From the NCBI GenBank assembly GCA_965207535.1, contig CBDBMR010000004.1, forward strand, positions 18,788-82,787: a DNA stretch of 64,000 nt, written 5' to 3'. The notes beneath the pieces are model-generated. The model was not told the origin of the DNA. It ran no database searches and worked only from the letters and a program-made list of their open reading frames with translations. This DNA comes from Rhodospirillales bacterium. GTDB lineage: Bacteria > Pseudomonadota > Alphaproteobacteria > Rhodospirillales > UBA2165. Below, one piece after another: positions 9,494-17,300 of the stretch. A program made the position numbers and the translations under genes. How positions within the stretch are numbered: the first letter of the stretch is position 1; each line of letters opens with the position of its first letter.

Positions 9494-10513
9494 TTATTCC
9501 CACGCCGCCATGGCCGCGAGCGGGCTCGCCTCGCGCACCATCTCGACCCCCTCGGGGGAGAGCTTCTCGAAGGCGAGCCAGGCGGCGGCCTCCATCTCGT
9601 CGTCGAACACGCCGAGGCACTCCCCGGTCCCGCGCAGATACACCGTGATGGTGGGCGGATAGACCGGCATCCCCCGGAAGTGGGCGGACCGCTCGTGGGA
9701 GCGCTTCGCGCAGGCGGGACAGCGGCAGGCGCCGAACGCCGGCGCGCCGCAATCGGTGCAGGCCGAGCGGGCGCGGCGGGCGGCATACCTTTTTCGGGCC
9801 GCCGCGTTCTTCCGTTCGGGACACTTGCCGGCGTCCTCGATCGCAGCGCATCGCGCACATCGGGACCGGCCGTCTAGGACCGGTGTACCGCACCGGGTGC
9901 AGCAGCCGGCGGCCCTGTGTTCGACGTACTGCCGGCGTTCCCGCTCCTGCCGTTTCTCGCGGCATGGGGCGCAGGTCGTCCCGCCCTCGACGGGCGGGCG
10001 CTTGCCGCACCGGATACAGAGGCCTGCTTCCTTGCGCGCCTTCTGGTTCCGCTTGCTCTTGGCCCGGGCGGACTTTCTCTTTGCAGTTGCATTGGCGCCG
10101 CCGTAAAGCTTCCCGGCAGCCTTGCCAGCCCGGTATTTTGCGCGGTCGGACGCCCGCCTCTTCTCCAGACACCCCTCGCAGGCGGTGCGCGCTGGCGCGG
10201 CCGGGGCCTTGCCGCAGCGAACGCAGATGCCGGCGGCCCGGCGTTCGGCGGCCAGCCGGCGGGCGTGCTTGCGCTGGAAGGCTCTCGCCTTGTCCGGGTC
10301 ACGCCTGGGCAGGGCGGCGGCCCGCAGCCGCGCATCCCGGGTCCGGGATGCGCGATTGCCCTTCTCGGCGCAACCTGCGCAGAGGCGGCGCTCCGGTCCG
10401 GGCGGGTGCACTCCACACCGCGGGCAGAGCCCGGCGGCGGTGCGTTCGGCGGTCCGTTTTCTGAACCGCTCGCGGTCGCGCTGTCGGCGAACTTCGGGAT
10501 CTGCATAGGCCAC
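9494..10513 (-). CDS. Protein with five tandem CxxCG...CxxC zinc-ribbon repeats plus a ~50-aa C-terminal YPP...DDEMEAAAWLAF domain
   Basis: A GTG start at 10513 follows GGGAG with a 7-nt spacer. The five units are CPRCGVHPPGPERRLCAGC, CVRCGKAPAAPARTACEGC, CIRCGKRPPVEGGTTCAPC, CTRCGTPVLDGRSRCARC and CTDCGAPAFGACRCPAC. Each is followed by a Lys/Arg-rich stretch. The tail is homologous to the tail of the recombinase at 32635. Confidence 0.65.
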   Translation of the reverse strand: MAYADPEVRRQRDRERFRKRTAERTAAGLCPRCGVHPPGPERRLCAGCAEKGNRASRTRDARLRAAALPRRDPDKARAFQRKHARRLAAERRAAGICVRCGKAPAAPARTACEGCLEKRRASDRAKYRAGKAAGKLYGGANATAKRKSARAKSKRNQKARKEAGLCIRCGKRPPVEGGTTCAPCREKRQERERRQYVEHRAAGCCTRCGTPVLDGRSRCARCAAIEDAGKCPERKNAAARKRYAARRARSACTDCGAPAFGACRCPACAKRSHERSAHFRGMPVYPPTITVYLRGTGECLGVFDDEMEAAAWLAFEKLSPEGVEMVREASPLAAMAAWE

Positions 10514-10608
10514 GGCCGTACTCCCTGTCGATATCGGATTCGGGATAGAAAAAGGCCAGCCGGCTGCCGACGCCGGTGGGCCGGCCGGACGTCCGATGGG
10601 GAAGGCGC

Positions 10609-10935
10609 TCAGCCGCGTTGCCGGCGGTCGTGCCATAGGGACGTGGCCAGATCCCCCCAGAGCTGTTGGCCGCCCCGGGTGCGAAGCCCGGTGCAGACGA
10701 TGATCTCGGTGCGGGCCGGGCGCAGCTCCCTGACCGCCTTCAGCGTGGCGGTGATCCGCTTCGCCGGGCGTCCCTTTCCCTTCCCCGGCGCCTCGCCGGG
10801 CCAGGGGCGAATATCGCCATCGGCGTGGGCCTTAAAGCGCTCGATCACATATTTTTCGTCGGCGAGGCCGCTGCCGAATAGGTGGACCAGGAACGTTGCC
10901 GCCGTATTGCCGGGAACCGCCATTGCTGCATTCAT
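10609..10935 (-). CDS. Hypothetical backbone protein (108 aa); a paralogous fragment lies at 34071..34256
   Basis: The ATG at 10935 is preceded by GGAGA. MNAAMAVPGNTAATFLVHLFGSGLADEKYVIERFKAH aligns with MQAAIAPRGDARTFLTHFIGGGLEDDRYVVETYRSY. Confidence 0.55.
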   Translation of the reverse strand: MNAAMAVPGNTAATFLVHLFGSGLADEKYVIERFKAHADGDIRPWPGEAPGKGKGRPAKRITATLKAVRELRPARTEIIVCTGLRTRGGQQLWGDLATSLWHDRRQRG

Positions 10936-11163
10936 CGTGCCGTCTCCGTGTTGCCGTGGGTGGGAACGGCGGCAGCGCCTCCCTCGGGGACACCAACCGC
11001 CGCCCCGTTTCCGGCCAAATTCCACTCTTATGGAGGCACACGCAGTCAGGTGGAAAATCCGGTTTGCGTCCGTACTGTGTCCGCAATTGAATTTGCGAGT
11101 TCCGCCAATACCCAGTCGCCTTAATGACGAGTTGAATTCAGGTGGATAGACTATCTGTACAGA

Positions 11164-12099
11164 CTATCTAACCGTTTTCTCCGGCGCTTCTTCGATCAGC
11201 TTTCTGAGCAGATTAAGGTGGACTACCAAGTCGTCCTCCTTGGGTAATTGAACCTGTTCCCTATTGTGGTGCAGCACGTCATTTGCAAGCTGCCTAAGTC
11301 GGTGTAACTCAGCCTTTGGGACGGGCAAGTTGGTGCAGCTCTCGATACGAGTATGCAAATTGCCGTCGGATGCCCCGTAGTGCTTGGACAAAGTCTTCTC
11401 CAGAATTGATCTCATGAGCGCGAGCGCGGCGAACGGCACTCCATACACAAATGCCTCTTGTGCTTGCCGCAACAATGTTCGAAGGGATAAAGCCTCAGTT
11501 TCTCCATGGTGGCGGTCGACGTGCCGGGGGATCAATACGAATGGCACCAGGATTCGTCGCCGGATTATGCCTCGTAAATCTAACCCCGCTTGAGAACGCA
11601 GGCGTTCCCAGTACACCACTCCTTCCAATATTTCCTCAACATAGTCTTCCGGAAATGAGCGGGACTCATCGGAGGCCTGCTCATCGGCAAAACTAATTGC
11701 CTCCTCTATCCGATTAGCCTGATATCGAGCATGGGCATCAGCCGCCTCTATCTCCGATTCAAGGCTTGGTTTCGAAGTAAAGAATTTAGTGACGGATTCA
11801 CTACCCAGAAAGTCAGAGAGAGAAACGTTCTCCACCGGAATTGCATACCGTTCTTCAAAGTCTCTCCATTTATTCACAAATTGTGGGTTCTCCGGGCCAG
11901 CAAAGAGTTGGCGTTCCAACCGTTCGTAGCGCCTTAGCCGGGAAGCCACGTCAAGAACTTCGAGGCAAATCCCTTTAACCGGCTCATCGGACTCGGCCAG
12001 CGCCTCGAGTCCAGACGGATCATCGTCAGTGTATTCCTGGAGCTTGAAATACAGGGCCATAAATTTCACAACTAGTTCGTGGTCCTTCTCGACCGCCAT
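11164..12099 (-). CDS. Hypothetical protein with a DUF4145-like (HEPN-related) C-terminal domain
   Basis: Lower-GC gene. The C-terminus AQEAFVYGVPFAALALMRSILEKTLSKHY...LHRLRQLANDVLHH resembles the DUF4145 pattern (helical hairpin, then hxxhRxxGNxxxH). Confidence 0.45.
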   Translation of the reverse strand: MAVEKDHELVVKFMALYFKLQEYTDDDPSGLEALAESDEPVKGICLEVLDVASRLRRYERLERQLFAGPENPQFVNKWRDFEERYAIPVENVSLSDFLGSESVTKFFTSKPSLESEIEAADAHARYQANRIEEAISFADEQASDESRSFPEDYVEEILEGVVYWERLRSQAGLDLRGIIRRRILVPFVLIPRHVDRHHGETEALSLRTLLRQAQEAFVYGVPFAALALMRSILEKTLSKHYGASDGNLHTRIESCTNLPVPKAELHRLRQLANDVLHHNREQVQLPKEDDLVVHLNLLRKLIEEAPEKTVR

Positions 12100-12204
12100 C
12101 GTCGACCGCTTTCGCCTTTGCTCTTAGTGGTTCATCGGGGCCTATTATGAATGATTGATTGGGAGCTTATATGGAAGACTTGAGAGTTTGACGGAAAAGC
12201 CGCC

Positions 12205-12243
12205 ACTCCCTAGCCTTTCCCGTGAAGGGCAGGGGAGGAAAGA
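12205..12243 (+). promoter_or_regulatory. 5' leader of 12244..12849; inverted-repeat partner of 13272..13316
   Basis: ctccCTAGCCTTtCCCGTGaagggcaGGGGAGGaAAgaATG compared with the reverse complement of the right copy, tttCCTAGCCTTcCCCGTGtttgtcacGGGAGGgAAAaATG. Confidence 0.6.
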
Positions 12244-12849
12244 ATGGGGCTAAAAAACTGGGCCAAACGCGAGCGCCGTTCCCTGCTGGCAATCCTGATG
12301 ACACCCGCTCTTGTCACCGCCTTGTGGCTGGCAAGCGCGACCCTGGTTGCCGCCGAGGAAGTGAGCATTACCGACAAGGTCAGACTGTTTAACCAGTGCG
12401 GCGGCGTTTATCTGTCGGTAAACATCATTGATTTCGATAGAGCCGAAAAAAATAGGCTGACAGAAAAGCAGGTTGCGGCGGAGGTGCGCAACCGACTTCA
12501 GCGAGCCCGTATTTACAATACAGAACCCAACTTCAATAGGATGTTGAGGCTGGATGAGAAGGAGAGGTGGATCTTCGAGTCACCCAAGAATTTGAGGAGG
12601 CTCCATGTCTACATGCGTTTTGATAGACCAATAGCCAGAATAGACATTTCTCTCCAGAGGGTTATTAACCATCCTACTACACTGGGCCGCGACGGTCCTT
12701 TCAAAACAACTTGGAACAAACGAGTCTTTGGCATACATGTAGCCGTCGATGAAAGCCGCCCCTACGGCTATGTTTGGCTTAACCTCATCGACTTAATTGA
12801 CGAATTCATCGAGGAGTACCTTCGGGTAAACGCGGACGCCTGCAAGTGA
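12244..12849 (+). CDS. Exported hypothetical protein (N-terminal signal/TM helix)
   Basis: SD AGGAGGA upstream. The N-terminus RRSLLAILMTPALVTALWLASATLVAAEE is signal-peptide-like. No recognisable domain. Confidence 0.55.
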   Translation: MGLKNWAKRERRSLLAILMTPALVTALWLASATLVAAEEVSITDKVRLFNQCGGVYLSVNIIDFDRAEKNRLTEKQVAAEVRNRLQRARIYNTEPNFNRMLRLDEKERWIFESPKNLRRLHVYMRFDRPIARIDISLQRVINHPTTLGRDGPFKTTWNKRVFGIHVAVDESRPYGYVWLNLIDLIDEFIEEYLRVNADACK

Positions 12850-12896
12850 TCGAAAGTGTCCAAATCCCGCACCCTGTCAAGTTTTCTATATAGGTC

Positions 12897-13271
12897 CTAT
12901 CTCTTTAAGGTTTTGATGACAGCCAAGTCCCTAAGGCGTTGCCGTAGGTTTGCCAATTTCCTCTTGGCGGCCCCAACTCGGTTGTTAGCCAGATTCCAAT
13001 TCCAACTATCGTCGAAAATTGCCCGGCCATCTGCCACCACCTGTGGCACGCTCTCAATCCGGGCTCTGTCGGCTTCAGCGTTTGCCAATTCGGACTCCAA
13101 CTGATGTATCTGTCTCAGCAAGACATCGGGGTCGGTCGAATAACTGATATTCGGCTGAGTGCGATTGTTCTGATAGCCGCCGCTGCCAACACAGCCAGTT
13201 AGAACTAATCCAAGTGCTACCAATAGGCAGACCGAAATTCGACCAGTTGCTTTGCCGCATCTACCGACCAT
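12897..13271 (-). CDS. Hypothetical lipoprotein
   Basis: The ATG at 13271 is preceded by GGGAGGG. Lipobox: ISVCLLVALGLVLTGC. The C-terminal half looks coiled-coil (QLESELANAEADRARIE...). Confidence 0.55.
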   Translation of the reverse strand: MVGRCGKATGRISVCLLVALGLVLTGCVGSGGYQNNRTQPNISYSTDPDVLLRQIHQLESELANAEADRARIESVPQVVADGRAIFDDSWNWNLANNRVGAAKRKLANLRQRLRDLAVIKTLKR

Positions 13272-13316
13272 TTTTCCCTCCCGTGACAAACACGGGGAAG
13301 GCTAGGAAACAGCGGC
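13272..13316 (-). promoter_or_regulatory. 5' leader of the lipoprotein gene; inverted-repeat partner of 12205..12243
   Basis: See 12205..12243. It contains the hairpin CCCGTG/CACGGG, whose 3' arm overlaps the SD. Confidence 0.6.
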
Positions 13317-13839
13317 TATTTCGTCAATCTGTCAGGCTTTCTATATAAGCTCCTAAGGAAATGTCGGATTTGGCATTTGTGAAACGTCGCTGGCGTTTCA
13401 AAGGCGATTATTGTTCCAACCTTCTCCGCCCCTGTGACAACGTATGGATCGGCAAGGTAGGCGCAGTAACTCGCTGGTAGGTAGGCGACTCCCGCCCGAT
13501 ATCCTTCGAGAACAGCAAGGCGCCCGGGTCGCGGTATCCAGGCAGCGCCTCGACGACGGGCCGCGCGGCTGCGCTGAGCGGACCGGCCTTCGAATCGTCG
13601 AAAGACACTGTCGGGGCCATGGAAAAACCGACCGCTGGATCTCGCCGACTTGTGCGAGCGCACCGAGGCCGACGAAAACATCGCCGTCATCTTCGATCTG
13701 GACGCCGGAGACTCCAACCAAATCGTTAACCTATGCACGAAGAGCAAGAACATATGAGAGGCGAGATACGTGCACCACACACGCCACCCGGGCCAGCGCC
13801 GGCCGCGTCCGGCCGGCGTGGAACGATGTGGTTTCTCGG

Positions 13840-14145
13840 TCAGACGAGTTTGGCGCCGGTTGGCACTAGACCGGTTTCAGAGAACCGCCAAAGCGCAATA
13901 AGCAGCTTGCGGGCGAGCGCCACAACCATCACCCGGCGGATGCGCCCGCGAGCCCCGGCGGTGCGCTCGTTGAACTACTTGCTGAGCGCGCTATCGGGCT
14001 GATAGCGCAACCAGCGCCAGGCCATTTGGATGAGTTGTGCCCGGATCCATGCCGGATCGTCGCGGCCAATCCCCTGGTCGCGCTGCGTCTCGCGGCGACC
14101 GTCGCAGTGGAACCGGATTTATGCAGCGCCTTGGTCATGTTCGAA
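13840..14145 (-). pseudogene. IS110-family transposase 3' fragment with an in-frame stop
   Basis: My own translation of the minus strand: ...RDQGIGRDDPAWIRAQLIQMAWRWLRYQPDSALSK*FNERTAGARGRIRRVMVVALARKLLIALWRFSETGLVPTGAKLV*. This is the characteristic IS110 C-terminus (AWxWLRxQP...SxWF...IVALARKLLIALWR). A TAG sits where Trp is expected, and the 5' two-thirds of the gene is absent. Confidence 0.75.
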
Positions 14146-14348
14146 CCCTATCACGTTCCTTCGGCGGGGGTGATAAGCGATTGCTCCGGTGCGATTGCCC
14201 CGGGATTTCCCCGTGCTGGCGGACTGCGGTGGGCCGGCTGGGCAGCATGGGTGTGCCAAGGACGGTTCAGCCGTGCAGCGACCGGCAGCGATTCAATCAG
14301 ATCGCATTTGGAGCGGTTGGAAGGCTTTGGCCCTATAGTCGCCGATGC

Positions 14349-17300
14349 TCAAACGGACCTCTTTCGTGCCCTCCAAGGCAAAAGACTCTTTGTGACTCTC
14401 TGTGTGGTGAATGTCTGCTGCAGCGACTTCTCGTTGTCCGATATGGCGCGTTTGAACGCATGCCTCTGCTGTTTTACGAACCGCCGCTTCAAATCTTCTA
14501 AGGAGCCGTTTCCAACTGCATATTGGTCGTAGTCCTGGGACATCCATGTCCTGGCACGCCGGTCGCTACAGGCTATGAACAAACGCCAAAAGGCATGAGC
14601 AGCCTCGGCCGTATCAGCTTCGGCAAACTTCCGAAACCAATGGACGGCGAAGGCCTCTCTTTGGCCCATAATCCAGGAGTCATCATGTATATCCTGATAT
14701 TCGCCTATCGACGGGCCGCTTGGCCATTCCGCATCCCCAGCGATAGTGGGTCGAACGAACATGGGCTGAAGAAAGGCAGCCCGGCGTCGGTGTGCTGGGC
14801 AAGACGAACTTTCGTCTGAAGAAATTCTCTGCCCTAACCAGTCGATCCGGCCGGAACTTCGGGCCGCAACGACGATATCGAGTAAATCTTCGTCGGTTCG
14901 CGCTTCGTCGAGGTCGCATAGTTCATCCAAGACGGATTCGACCGCAGGACAATCCGGCGCCATGAATGGAGCAAATTTCAATCTGTCGATCCCGGTAAGG
15001 CCGATGAACCTCGTGGACTGACACTCTCGCAGGGCACGCCACAAAGGAATTCCACGAGACGGGTCACGTTTCAATACGGCCTCACATAGCCCGACGAAAA
15101 ACCCCTCGGCCAATCGAACTCTCCGGCGAAATTCATCCGTGAGCCGGTCGATGCCATCAAGCCAGCGGTCCAACGCCTCTGGACAGAGGTCGAGAACCTG
15201 ATCGAAGTCATCGGCGTGAAATCGGGTATGAAGAAATTGTGCCCCAGACTGCCGCGCCTGCCCGACGGCATTGATATAGGATTGAATGATCGTTCGTCGG
15301 CGCTCTTCATACTGTTCTGGCCTATTGACCCGTTCAAGGAGGGAACGGATATCATTCCCGTCGTCGCGATCTTCCACGATTTCACCGATCGTGAAATTGT
15401 AGTTCCCGGTGGAAGAGGCCTCATAGTCATGGAAGATATCGAGCCCCGATTCTGGAGCGTCCTTTTGGTATTGAGCCAGCGCGTTGGAAAGCAGATCCAC
15501 AGCAAGCTGTGCTTCATCCGGGAGCCGCGCTTCCCGGGACAGGGCTTCCAGCAACAGGAAGGGGGCGATCCGAGCGGCAAAATCAGAAAATCGGCGACCA
15601 CGGTGCGAGGCAATGATACCTCTTGAACCCATGATGTTTACCATGTGCGGCTGTGAGCACGACCATGACCAGTCTCTTTGATCGAGAGCATGTCCCAAGC
15701 ATTCTGCAGCGTTGGAACCCAGCAGGGCCCACGCTGCTTCAGAGGCGCCGTCTGAATCGGTGGAGAACAGGAGCTCGGAAAGGGCGTCGAACGCAGTTTC
15801 ACTGAGATCCAATTCGTATTCGACAAGGACGCTTGCTAATCGGTTCAACTTCCGCCTGTCGCCACCGCACAAAGCAATCAACTGATCGAGTTCGCTGGCG
15901 GACGGAGAATGGCAGACTCCCCCAAGACCCAGGAAGACGGGATCGATTTCTGAATCCAGAATTTTCGTCACTTGTTCTATAGGTGAGGCGCACTGAATTT
16001 CAGCAATCAGTAGGCCGGTCTGAATCAAGAGTTCGTCATCGTCAGATTCCCCGTGCCCTTGTTTCCTCAAGGTTTGCAGAGCTGCACTTTCTTCGTCCCT
16101 TACCAAGAGCATGACTTCCGGGGCAGCGAGCGCGGAACCAAAACGCTGATCTGGCGTACGTTCTGCAAATTGCCTCAATCGAGCGCGCTCGCAGTTAGCA
16201 AGACAGTCTGGATTGCATCTTGCAAGAGCGAGAGACAGGCGTTTCCATTGATCATCTTCGGACGTACGGTCCCTGCCCGTTGCCGTTTGGCTGAAATCGA
16301 AGCTCTCCGACACTACCGTCAGTTCATCAATGAAGTCTTGGGGAACCTGAAAGCTCGGATCGAGCAAAGCATCCTTTGACTTATTTATCCGACCAAACAT
16401 GGCAAGCGTCTTATCACAAAGCACCCTCGCCACGTGTCTTCGTTCGAGCCGAAAGTAAGAGCGCGCAGGATCGGAGAGATAGTCTCGCTCGTATTCAAAG
16501 ATGTGATCGATCTTGGGATCCATCGTCCAAGCCTCTTGCGCATCTTCGGAATATCCGGTGCGCCAAAGCAGGATGGATGCAATCCGCGCGTTGAGTTTCG
16601 GATGGTGGCCGGCTTCTACGGGAAGTGACCGTATTTCTTGGGATGCCGATCGAAGTCCTGCGGCTGTCTCTTCAGGATCAACGACATTGAGAATGTTCAG
16701 CCAGTACTGGGTTTCCTGTGCTGCCCCGCTACCAACGAGAGCAATTTGAATTGCCCCGTGAACGAAGAACTCGACGGCGTCCTTTAAGGGGCGTCCTTGC
16801 AACAGTTGAGCCGCCGCGACAATCAAATCTTCACCACTGTAGTCGACGATCTCGAAATTGCGGCACGCAATGGCGATCGTACCCGGCTCGGCTACACCTA
16901 TACGCTCCTTCAGGCGTTTGCACCGGCGCGCGTAACGTGAGTTGTCGGTGCGATCTGCTTCGTCCCCCCTCTTCTCGAGAGAGATGCAGTCTAGCCATCT
17001 CGATACGCGTTCCGCGATGGTTGCTGCAACGGCGGGGTCAGCCTTGTCGACCGCAGCTAGTACGTCGATGGCGATGTGCCTTGCAGTCGTTAGCGAATGC
17101 CCGCGGGAGGTTTCGATGACATCGAGCATCGGCGTAACCAGTGCGGGCGCAAGGACTTCAAGGTCGCCAAGATGGCTCTCGGGAACGTTCTGAGAATGAA
17201 GCCAACGAGTGCATAATGTGCCGAGCCATGCCGGTGATTCTGACTCGCTTCGCAGGAGGGCAATGGTCACAGCGGCGCGGAGAATCTCGGCGCGAACGTC

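Noticed and set aside
13316-13780. 154-aa ORF and overlapping frames (13398..13721, 13408..13620)
   Set aside because: Protein-like stretches switch between three minus-strand frames (…IEDDGDVFVGLGALAQ… / MAPTVSFDDSKAGPLSAAARPVVEALPGYRDPGALLF… / …YLADPYVVTGAEKVGTIIAFETPATF…). This suggests a frameshifted relic of unknown identity, and there is not enough evidence to call it.
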